A stretch of 64,000 bases of DNA from Candidatus Goldiibacteriota bacterium (lineage in GTDB: Bacteria; Oederibacteriota; PGYV01; DYJU01): the NCBI GenBank assembly GCA_938034975.1, contig CALHNI010000005.1, forward strand, positions 60,718 to 124,717, written 5' to 3'. Below are positions 55,694 to 63,333 of this stretch, piece after piece (the first letter of the stretch is position 1; each line of letters opens with the position of its first letter). The notes under the pieces are model-generated. The model saw only the letters and a program-made list of their open reading frames with translations. It made no database searches and was not told the DNA's origin. Made by a program: the position numbers and the translations under genes.

Positions 55694-58303
55694 ATGAAGA
55701 AAACATTTCTGGTTCTTATGCTGATAAATTTGTTATTTTCATTGGATTGCAGGAAAAGAATGCCAACTGCACCTGAATATACCCCTGAACCTACCCAGAT
55801 AATAGTTCCAACATATACACAAACAATTACTCCAACATTAATTTTCACAAATACACATACACAAACTTTTACTTTAACTCATACAACAACAAATACTTTT
55901 ACTTACACCGAAACATTTATAATCCCATCAGATACATTTACAGCAACATCTACTTTTTCTGCAACATACTCAGTGACACAAATTTTCATAAATACAGAAA
56001 CATTTACAGAAACTCATACACAATATTTTACCCCGACAGAAACTCCAACTAATAGTTTTACTTTTACAGACACAATGACTTTAACAGAAAGTTTTACTTT
56101 TACAAACACAGAAACGCCAACAATTACATTTTCTTTTACAGAAACTTTTACTTATGGAGCAACTTTTACAGTTACTGAAACTTTAACTCCGTATCATGGA
56201 AGCGCTTTAATTTCGCCAACAACAGTTTATGGAAAAACATCAGGTAATACAATAACAATAACTTATACAAACGGAAATATAAACTGGGCAGAGGCACCGT
56301 CATATGGGACATTAAAAATAAAAATACCGGCTGGCTGGAGTTTACCAAGTTTAGATCCTTTAAACGCAGGGTATTTTAGCGTTGCAGTGGAAAATGGTTC
56401 TTTGTATGGTCAGTGGGTCCAGGGTAATGAAATAATAATTGGTGTTCGTAACCTAAAACCATTTACAGGTAAAATAATAGTTAATTATGGAGACAAAAGT
56501 TTTGGACCAGGTGCTTTTGTTGATGGTAATGGATTTATAGTTATAGTTGTAGAAGTTGATGAAGATGGAAATCAAACCCAGGAGATAGAGCAAAGTCCTC
56601 AGATTTATGTTGTTCCAGCAACACCGACAATAACCCCAACAATAACTCCTATAATGGGAGAAGGAATAATAGAAATTGATCCATACATTTATGTGGATGG
56701 CACAACCGGAAATACAATGCATTTTATTTATACTGCTGGTCCTACGACATGGGCATCAGGAATGCAATATGGGACATTACGTATAACTTTACCACCTGGC
56801 TTTTCTCAACCGAGCACACAAATTACAAATGCAGGTTATTTTTATGTTACTACAACAGGAAATGAATGGATAGGGACTTCAGTAGATGGTCAGGATATGA
56901 TAATAAATGTGAAAGGTTTACCAGCAATAACCGGAAAGATAAATATTTATTATGGTTATAAAGGGTTTGGGAGTCCAGGTGCTTTTATTACAGGAAACGG
57001 AGTTATTGAAATAATGGTAAAGAGTAATCCTTCTGGTGATGAAACTTATAGATTGCATTTACTTCCGACTATTATGATAATACCGCCAACTGGAACTATA
57101 ACGCCGACAATTACAGAAACAAACACTTTTACAATAACACCTACAATAACAGAAACATTTACTATAACTCCTACATTTACCATATCTGATACATTTACAA
57201 TAAGCCCTACATTTACAATATCTGATACAATAACAGAAACAGTAACGCAAACAATTACTCAGACAATTACACCAACTTTAACTTTTACTTTTACCCCAAC
57301 TCCTCACTGGACTTATGTGGGGAATTCTGGATTTTCTGATGGAGCAGGTGAAAATCCATCTATTTTTGTTTACAATGGTATACCTTATGTTGTGTATACA
57401 GATTTAAAAAATGCAGGTAAAGCAACAGTTAAAAAATTTACAGGAATAAATTGGGAAGATGTGGGTTTACATGCATTTACATCAGACATTGCTTATGAAC
57501 CTAGTATATTTGTTTACGCAAATCAACCTTATGTCGCATTCAGAGATTTTGCACACTCTAACAGATTAAGTGTTATGAAATACAATGGTTCTAATTGGGT
57601 TTATATTGGTTCGCCTGGTTTTACAAGTGGTGCTGCTTATAATCCAAAAATATTCATCTATGCAGATAAAATTTATGTTGGATTTAAAGACGGGTCTTTA
57701 AAAGCAAATGTTATGGTTTATGATGGTAACTGGCAATATGTTGGCTCGCCCGGATTTTCAGATGGACAAATTTCTGATTTTTCATTTTATCTTTATTATG
57801 ATGTTCCATATTTTTCATATCAGGATTGGACGCAGAATTTCAAAGCAACAGTTATGCATAACAGTGGAGCCGGCTGGATGGCTATAGGGAATAAAGGATT
57901 TACAAATGGTAAAGTAAATTACACATCTTTATTTGTAGATGACGGAACACCTTATGTCGCTTTTGCAGATGAAAATTTATCTAATAAGCTAAGTTTAATA
58001 AAATATGATGGAGACAACTGGGTTTATTCAGGAGAAGGAATATCAGATGGAGAAGCACAATATGTTTCACTTTTTATTTATAATGGCAAACCATCTGTGG
58101 CGTATAAGGATTCAGCGCATGAAAATAAATTTTCTGTGGTAAAATATAATGGTATTTCCTGGGAATCTTTAGGAATAGGTATATCAGAAGGAGAAGTAAA
58201 TTATATATCATATTTTATATATAATGGTATTCCATATGTTGCATATCAGGATGTAATACATAATAATAAAATATCAGTTATGATGTATGAAGGAAACTAT
58301 TAA
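55694..58303 (+). CDS. secreted Thr-rich repeat protein: signal peptide, Thr/Phe low-complexity linkers, two ~150-aa beta-rich domains, C-terminal 8 x ~45-aa repeats (propeller-like)
   Basis: 869 aa. Signal MKKTFLVLMLINLLFSLDC. Low-complexity PTYTQTITPTLIFTNTHTQTFTLTHTTTNTFTYTETF... and ITETNTFTITPTITETFTITPTFTISDTF... Eight repeats of GFS.G....S.F.Y.G.PYVA..D.....K..V.KY.G..W..(I/V)G. Confidence 0.5.
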   Translation: MKKTFLVLMLINLLFSLDCRKRMPTAPEYTPEPTQIIVPTYTQTITPTLIFTNTHTQTFTLTHTTTNTFTYTETFIIPSDTFTATSTFSATYSVTQIFINTETFTETHTQYFTPTETPTNSFTFTDTMTLTESFTFTNTETPTITFSFTETFTYGATFTVTETLTPYHGSALISPTTVYGKTSGNTITITYTNGNINWAEAPSYGTLKIKIPAGWSLPSLDPLNAGYFSVAVENGSLYGQWVQGNEIIIGVRNLKPFTGKIIVNYGDKSFGPGAFVDGNGFIVIVVEVDEDGNQTQEIEQSPQIYVVPATPTITPTITPIMGEGIIEIDPYIYVDGTTGNTMHFIYTAGPTTWASGMQYGTLRITLPPGFSQPSTQITNAGYFYVTTTGNEWIGTSVDGQDMIINVKGLPAITGKINIYYGYKGFGSPGAFITGNGVIEIMVKSNPSGDETYRLHLLPTIMIIPPTGTITPTITETNTFTITPTITETFTITPTFTISDTFTISPTFTISDTITETVTQTITQTITPTLTFTFTPTPHWTYVGNSGFSDGAGENPSIFVYNGIPYVVYTDLKNAGKATVKKFTGINWEDVGLHAFTSDIAYEPSIFVYANQPYVAFRDFAHSNRLSVMKYNGSNWVYIGSPGFTSGAAYNPKIFIYADKIYVGFKDGSLKANVMVYDGNWQYVGSPGFSDGQISDFSFYLYYDVPYFSYQDWTQNFKATVMHNSGAGWMAIGNKGFTNGKVNYTSLFVDDGTPYVAFADENLSNKLSLIKYDGDNWVYSGEGISDGEAQYVSLFIYNGKPSVAYKDSAHENKFSVVKYNGISWESLGIGISEGEVNYISYFIYNGIPYVAYQDVIHNNKISVMMYEGNY

Positions 58304-58330
58304 ATAGAAATAATAAAAACAGTTTGTTTT

Positions 58331-58578
58331 CCAGTAAAAACGCGATTTCTAATGCGTTTTTAAGGTTAAACCTGAAAAACGCATTAGCGTTTTTCAGGGA
58401 AAAAAAGGAAATATAAAAAAGGTTTATAAACAAATATAATTTTTAAAAGAGAACTTATTTTTAAATTAAAAAACAGGTGAATAAAAGTAATGCACTTTAA
58501 AAATAAAAATTATTAAACAAAAAAGACAAAAATATTTTATATTTCCGTAAAAACGCATTTTCTAATGTGTTTTTACGG
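58331..58578 (+). repeat. intergenic composite repeat, copy F7 (B-A-spacer-D-B), forward orientation
   Basis: B 58331-58365 (ccagtaaaaacgcgatttctaatgcgtttttaagg), A 58371-58398 (cctgaaaaacgcattagcgtttttcagg), a ggtttataaacaaat spacer shared with copies F1/R3, D 58469-58544 and B 58545-58578 (ccgtaaaaacgcattttctaatgtgtttttacgg). Confidence 0.85.
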
Positions 58579-58591
58579 TTAAATATTTCAA

Positions 58592-58620
58592 TTTACATTT
58601 TTAATTTTTTTATTTAAAAT
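58592..58620 (+). promoter_or_regulatory. sigma70 promoter TTTACA-N17-TAAAAT, 13 nt downstream of palindrome B
   Basis: -35 at 58592-97 and -10 at 58615-20. NSS transporter start is at 58650, with a GGAGG SD. Confidence 0.55.
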
Positions 58621-58649
58621 AATGAAAATTATAATTTCCGGAGGCATAG

Positions 58650-60218
58650 ATGAGTATTCATAAAAATATAAATAAGAAACGTCAGACCTGGGGAACTAAA
58701 ATCGGTATAATTTTAGCTGTTGCTGGTTCTGCAATTGGACTAGGAAATTTTTTAAGATTTCCGGTTCAGGCAGTATTAAATGGCGGAGGAGCATTTTTAA
58801 TACCTTATTTTGTTGCACTTATTTTGGTTGGAATACCGCTTATGTGGATTGAATGGACAGTTGGAAGATATGGTGGCGGATTTGGTCACGGAACAGCACC
58901 TGGTATTTTCCATTCAATGGCTCAAAAAACAAGATTTATAAAATATTTTGGCGTTATAGGAATTTTTGGTCCTGTAATTATTTTTATTTATTATGTTTAT
59001 ATTGAATCCTGGTTATTAGGTTATACATTTTTTTCTTTGACAGAAAAATATTTAAGTGCAGTAAAGGCAGGAGAAGTTAAGGATTTTTTTTATGGTTATG
59101 TGAATATTACGAACAATAAATATTTTAATGGGATAGGGATTGCGTATATTTTCTTTTTAATTACTTTTGCTTTGAATTTTATAATAATTTATTTTGGTAT
59201 AAAAGCAGGTATTGAAAGGGTTGCAAAAATTGCTATGCCTTTACTTTTAATACTTGGCATTTTTTTAATGATAAGAGTGTTAACACTTGGAACGCCGGAT
59301 CAGGCAAAACCTGATTGGAATGTAAATAACGGGTTTGGTTTTTTGTGGAATCCGGATTTTTCAAAATTAGGGGACCCCAAGGTCTGGCTTTCAGCAGTGG
59401 GACAGATTCTTTTTACATTAAGTGTTGGTATTGGGGTTATTTTGACCTATGCAAGTTATTTAAAAAAAGAAGACGATGTTGTATTATCAGGATTGACATC
59501 CGCAACAACAAATGAATTTGCCGAAATTATTCTTGGAGGAAGCATTGTCATTCCTGTTGCCTTTGCTTTTTTCGGTCCGCAACAGATAGTTGAAATAACC
59601 AAATCAGGAACTTTTGGACTTGGCTTGATGACAATGCCTCTTATATTCGGAAAAATCCCATTGGGTGAAATTTTTGCTCTTTTTTGGTTTTTACTTTTGT
59701 TTCTTGCCGGCATTACATCATCTATTTCTCTCTTACAACCGGCAATTGCTTTTTGTGAAGATGAATTTAATTTAAGCAGGAAAAAAACAGTTTTAATAGT
59801 TGGTTTAATAACATTTATTCTTTGCCAACCAGCCATTTTTTTTATAAAACAGGGAGCAATAGATGAACTTGATTTTTGGGCTGCTAATTTTTGTCTTGTT
59901 GTTTTTGCCCTTATAGAAACAATTTTATTTGCCTGGATATTTGGTATTGATAAAGCATGGGAGGAAATACATCATGGTGCCCAGATGAAGGTTCCTGAAT
60001 TTTATAAGTTTATAATAAAATATATTACCCCGTTATTTTTAATTGCCATACTTGTTTTCTGGTTTGTAAAGGAATGGTGGCAAATGATAATAATGAAAAA
60101 TGTTCCACCAGAAAATCAGGGTGTAATAATTGGAATAAGGATAATGCTCGTTTTATTTTTTATAAGTCTGGTTTTTTTAGTAAAAATCGCATGGGATAAA
60201 AGAAAAAAAGGAGCATAA
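58650..60218 (+). CDS. sodium-dependent transporter of the NSS (neurotransmitter:sodium symporter, SLC6-like) family
   Basis: 522 aa with 11-12 TM helices. N-terminal W.TK.GIILAVAGSAIGLGNFLRFP motif typical of bacterial NSS/SNF transporters. Confidence 0.8.
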   Translation: MSIHKNINKKRQTWGTKIGIILAVAGSAIGLGNFLRFPVQAVLNGGGAFLIPYFVALILVGIPLMWIEWTVGRYGGGFGHGTAPGIFHSMAQKTRFIKYFGVIGIFGPVIIFIYYVYIESWLLGYTFFSLTEKYLSAVKAGEVKDFFYGYVNITNNKYFNGIGIAYIFFLITFALNFIIIYFGIKAGIERVAKIAMPLLLILGIFLMIRVLTLGTPDQAKPDWNVNNGFGFLWNPDFSKLGDPKVWLSAVGQILFTLSVGIGVILTYASYLKKEDDVVLSGLTSATTNEFAEIILGGSIVIPVAFAFFGPQQIVEITKSGTFGLGLMTMPLIFGKIPLGEIFALFWFLLLFLAGITSSISLLQPAIAFCEDEFNLSRKKTVLIVGLITFILCQPAIFFIKQGAIDELDFWAANFCLVVFALIETILFAWIFGIDKAWEEIHHGAQMKVPEFYKFIIKYITPLFLIAILVFWFVKEWWQMIIMKNVPPENQGVIIGIRIMLVLFFISLVFLVKIAWDKRKKGA

Positions 60219-60224
60219 ATATTT

Positions 60225-60323
60225 ATGAAAATAAGCGGTTATATAATGTTAATACTTGCATGGGGAACAATTTTAAGTTTGGGAGTTTATTGTTTTTACA
60301 GGATCTTTAAAGAACACAAATAA
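60225..60323 (+). CDS. putative 32-aa single-TM small protein immediately downstream of the NSS transporter (possible MetS-like small subunit)
   Basis: ATG 6 nt after the transporter stop, AGGAGC SD-like sequence upstream; MKISGYIMLILAWGTILSLGVYCFYRIFKEHK. Not in the ORF track (below its length cut-off). Confidence 0.3.
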   Translation: MKISGYIMLILAWGTILSLGVYCFYRIFKEHK

Positions 60324-60421
60324 AATATCAAAGTAAAGCTTTTTAATTTTTTTATATATTCCTCATCTATTGACATAAAATGTAAAATGATTCACCATTT
60401 AAGAAAATATGTTTTTAGTAA

Positions 60422-60604
60422 CCTTAAAAACGCATTAGAAAATGCGTTTTTAAGGTATTTAATAATTTTTATTTTTAAAGTGCATTACTTTTATTCACCA
60501 GTTTTTTAATTTAAAAATAAGTTCTCTTTTAAAAATTATATTTTTTTATAAACCTTTTTTATATTTCCTTTTTTCCCCTGAAAAACGCTAATGCGTTTTT
60601 TAAG
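60422..60604 (-). repeat. intergenic composite repeat, copy R3 (A-spacer-D-B), reverse orientation
   Basis: B 60422-60455 (ccttaaaaacgcattagaaaatgcgtttttaagg), reverse D 60470-60520 (aaagtgcattacttttattcaccagttttttaatttaaaaat), ggtttataaa spacer in reverse, and A 60577-60604 (cctgaaaaacgctaatgcgtttttaag). Near-exact reverse complement of 58371-58578. Confidence 0.85.
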
Positions 60605-60617
60605 TCAGATTTTTTTC

Positions 60618-60646
60618 TTGCCAAATTATAAAGCATATAGTATTAT
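60618..60646 (+). promoter_or_regulatory. putative promoter TTGCCA-N17-TATTAT for the DUF151 nuclease gene
   Basis: -35 at 60618-23 and -10 at 60641-46. Gene start is at 60681, with an AAGGTGA SD. Confidence 0.45.
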
Positions 60647-60680
60647 AATTAACAAATTTATTTTAATTAAGGTGATTGAA

Positions 60681-61163
60681 ATGATAGAAATGAAGGTAAA
60701 CGGACTTGCAATAGATAGTGAATCAAAATTACCGGTTGTTATACTTACTGATATGGATGAAAAAAGATTTCTTCCTATCTGGATAGGTATATATGAGGCG
60801 GATGCTATTTTGATTGCACTTGAACACATAAAAGTGCCAAGACCAATGACACATGATTTGATAAAAATTATCTTAGATACATTAAATGCAGAAGTTCAAA
60901 GGGTTGTAATTTATAAAATAGAAAATAATACTTTTTTTGCAAAAATTCATTTGACGTTTAATGAAAAAGAATATGAAATTGATTCCCGTCCTTCTGATGC
61001 TATTGCAGTTGCGTTACGCGTTGATGCTCCCATATTTGTTACTGAAAATATCATATTAGAAGCAACAATAATGGATAAGGATAAATATGAAAAAGAAATG
61101 AAAGAATTTAAAGAGTTTTTAAAAAATATTAAACCGTCTGATTTTGCAAATTATAAAGATTAA
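60681..61163 (+). CDS. bifunctional nuclease family protein (BFN/DUF151). Start at MIEMKVNG; ORF-track start 60591 lies inside repeat palindrome A and is rejected.
   Basis: 160 aa with typical DUF151 motifs (LP..I.......IW.G..EA.AI..........RP.THDL......L.......V.I........F.A........E...D.RPSDAIA.A.R...PI). Confidence 0.6.
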   Translation: MIEMKVNGLAIDSESKLPVVILTDMDEKRFLPIWIGIYEADAILIALEHIKVPRPMTHDLIKIILDTLNAEVQRVVIYKIENNTFFAKIHLTFNEKEYEIDSRPSDAIAVALRVDAPIFVTENIILEATIMDKDKYEKEMKEFKEFLKNIKPSDFANYKD

Positions 61164-61257
61164 ATTTTTTTATATATTCTTTGAAACAGTGTTTTATAAA
61201 GAGAAAGAATTTTTAAATAACAGTAAAAAACCTGAAAAAAAAAGATAAGGGTTATTT

Positions 61258-61470
61258 ATGGATAAAAATAATTCCGAGATGTTAAAATCTCTTGGAACAT
61301 TAGGTGCTCTTGGATTCACACTCGTGCTTTCAACTTTTTCTGGACTTTTTTTGGGTATATGGCTGGATAAATTAACAGGTTTAAAACCCTTATTTACAAT
61401 AAGTTTATTATTATTTGGTATTGTGGCAGGTTTTATTAAAATATTTAAAGAAACAATAAAAAAACAGTGA
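61258..61470 (+). CDS. AtpZ/AtpR-like small membrane protein preceding the ATP synthase operon
   Basis: 70 aa, two TM helices; upstream of atpI-atpB. Confidence 0.45.
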   Translation: MDKNNSEMLKSLGTLGALGFTLVLSTFSGLFLGIWLDKLTGLKPLFTISLLLFGIVAGFIKIFKETIKKQ

Positions 61471-61850
61471 TAAACTATAAAAGATTTTTAATAATCTGTT
61501 TAATTTTTTTTTTCATTTTACTTGTGTTTTTTTGGGTTGATAAAAAAGTAGCAATAAGCGCATTGCTTGGTTTTTCTACAGGTTTTATTAATTTTTTTTT
61601 AATAGTGACAAATGTAAAAATTTTATTTGGCAGTGACAAGATAAGGTCAAAATTTTTAAAAATTGTTTTGACTATTTTTATATATACTATTAAAATTATT
61701 ATAATTGGTCTTTTTATTTATTTTTTAATAGTAAAAAGGTATCTTATAAATTTTAATTTTATTTATTTTTTAGTTGGCTTTACTTTTAGTTTAATACCGA
61801 TTGTCATAGAAAATTTATTGCTTGCAAGAAAGGAGAAAATAAAGAAATGA
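61467..61850 (+). CDS. atpI: ATP synthase protein I-like membrane protein
   Basis: 127 aa, four hydrophobic helices, overlaps neighbours by 4 nt; in the canonical atpI position. Confidence 0.5.
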   Translation: MINYKRFLIICLIFFFILLVFFWVDKKVAISALLGFSTGFINFFLIVTNVKILFGSDKIRSKFLKIVLTIFIYTIKIIIIGLFIYFLIVKRYLINFNFIYFLVGFTFSLIPIVIENLLLARKEKIKK

Positions 61851-62557
61851 GAGAATCGGTAGAGATACATTTTATAAATCCTGTAATTATAATGATATTA
61901 ATTGATTATCTGATAATATTTACCATAGTTACTCTCGGGTGTATAAATATTAAGATAAAACCGGGAAAAATCCAGAATCTTGTTGAATATGCTGTTAAAT
62001 TTATTTGTGACCTTGCAGATGATATAATTGGCCCTTCGGCACCTTCTTTTTATCCTTTATTTATAATGTTTTTCTTTTATATTTTAATTGGTAATCTTAT
62101 GGGGTTAATCCCCGGACTTTTTTCACCAACGAGTAAATTAAGTGTTACTGTCGGGCTTGCTTTAATAGTGTTTTTTTATGAACATTATATAGGAATAAAG
62201 AAAAAAGGCGTAATAAATTATTTTAAACATTTTGCAGGTGAAGGGATTCCCGGATGGGTAAAACCATTTATGTTTTTCATAGAGATCATCAGTGAACTTG
62301 CAAGGCCGCTTTCTCTTTCTTTTCGTCTTTTTGGTAATATACTTGCAAAAGAAATTTTATTAAGCGTTCTTATCATGCTTATTTTAATATTTTTTCCATC
62401 AAACAATGTAATACAAAAGAGTTTAACCATAGTTCCTTTTGTATTAAGACCGTTAATACTTGTTCTTGGCACACTGGTGAGTTTAATACAGGCAGGTGTT
62501 TTTACTATGCTTGCAATGATATATGTTGCAGGTGCAGTAAAAAGCCATGAACATTGA
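61847..62557 (+). CDS. atpB: F0F1 ATP synthase subunit a
   Basis: 236 aa. Conserved LSLSFRLFGNILA with the essential Arg; five TM helices. Confidence 0.85.
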   Translation: MRESVEIHFINPVIIMILIDYLIIFTIVTLGCINIKIKPGKIQNLVEYAVKFICDLADDIIGPSAPSFYPLFIMFFFYILIGNLMGLIPGLFSPTSKLSVTVGLALIVFFYEHYIGIKKKGVINYFKHFAGEGIPGWVKPFMFFIEIISELARPLSLSFRLFGNILAKEILLSVLIMLILIFFPSNNVIQKSLTIVPFVLRPLILVLGTLVSLIQAGVFTMLAMIYVAGAVKSHEH

Positions 62558-62570
62558 TTAAATAAAATTA

Positions 62571-62862
62571 TTAGTCAAGGGTAAGGTTAAAAGTTTTATG
62601 AAAGAAATGAAGTAGTAATAAATAGATAATGTGAAAAGTTCTATGAAAAAGAAAGAAGGTAGAGATTAAAATATATACTAAAAGTATTAAAAATAATATA
62701 CATTTCCCCCTCTTTAATAAAGATGGGTTATGGAAAAAAAGAATGGATGTAAATCCCACTAAATCCCCCTTTGATAAAGGGGAAACAAAGGCAACCAAAG
62801 TATATGAATAAAAGGATTTTTAAATGAAAAGGATAAAAAACTTTTCACAATACTTAGTCAAG
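62571..62862. mobile_element. candidate 274-bp MITE-like insertion between atpB and atpE, flanked by 9-bp direct repeats (ttagtcaag) with imperfect terminal inverted repeats
   Basis: ttagtcaag at 62571-79 and again at 62854-62. Left end ggtaaggTTAAAAGTTTT (62580-97). The right end reverse-complements to gtattgtGAAAAGTTTT (62837-53). Internal hairpin cccctttgataaagggg. The atpB-atpE spacer is unusually long (321 bp). Confidence 0.35.
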
Positions 62863-62878
62863 AAAAAGGAGGTGAAGT

Positions 62879-63259
62879 ATGAAAAAGTTTTTAAGCATAA
62901 TTCTTATTTGTTGTTTGGTTCTTGGTTTTGCAGGATTTGTTTTAGCATCTTCTGAAAAAACACAGGAAGGCAAGCAAGTTGAAGAAAAAGCAAAAGGAGA
63001 CAGTGTCTGGTATTTTGTTTATACAGTTCTTGGTGCTTCTATTGCAATAAGCATTGCAGCATTAGGTGGCGGTATAGGACAGGGGATTGCAACTGCAAAA
63101 GCAGCAGAAGGTGTTGCGAGACAACCGGAAGCATCTGGAAAAATACAGACGCTTTTGATTTTGGGGCTTGCTTTTATTGAATCATTGACAATTTATGCTC
63201 TTGTTATAGCGCTTATATTGATATTTGTTAATCCATTTGCAAAATTTTTTATTGGTTGA
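62879..63259 (+). CDS. atpE: F0F1 ATP synthase subunit c with an ~45-aa N-terminal extension; ion-binding site of the Na+-type (Q...ES..Y)
   Basis: [23 protein letters not shown]...[22 protein letters not shown]. Aligns with the I. tartaricus Na+ c-subunit: Q32, E65, S66 and Y70 equivalents present. GGAGG RBS. Confidence 0.8.
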   Translation: MKKFLSIILICCLVLGFAGFVLASSEKTQEGKQVEEKAKGDSVWYFVYTVLGASIAISIAALGGGIGQGIATAKAAEGVARQPEASGKIQTLLILGLAFIESLTIYALVIALILIFVNPFAKFFIG

Positions 63260-63265
63260 TATATA

Positions 63266-63294
63266 CCGGCAGATGTTTATTATCTATCTGCCGG
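63266..63294 (+). other. stable hairpin between atpE and atpF (ccggcagat-N11-atctgccgg); possible attenuator
   Basis: 9-bp GC-rich stem 6 nt after the atpE stop. No adjacent T-run, so it is not a canonical terminator. Confidence 0.3.
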
Positions 63295-63333
63295 CGGATT
63301 TATAAAATTAATTTTTAATATAAGGAGGATTGT

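Noticed and set aside
57059-57250. Cys/Arg/Tyr-rich 63-aa minus-strand ORF (MRYCFCYCIRYCKCRAYCKC...), superficially like a Cys-rich peptide or bacteriocin
   Set aside because: It is the antisense reading of the ACA/ACT/TTT codon repeats of the Thr-rich linker in the 869-aa gene, a compositional artefact.
60591-60680. ORF-track start at 60591 for the DUF151 nuclease gene (N-terminal MRFLSQIFFLPNYKAYSIIINKFILIKVIE)
   Set aside because: The ATG at 60591 sits inside palindrome A of repeat copy R3 and upstream of the predicted promoter (60618-60646). The conserved domain begins at MIEMKVNG (60681), which has an AAGGTGA SD.
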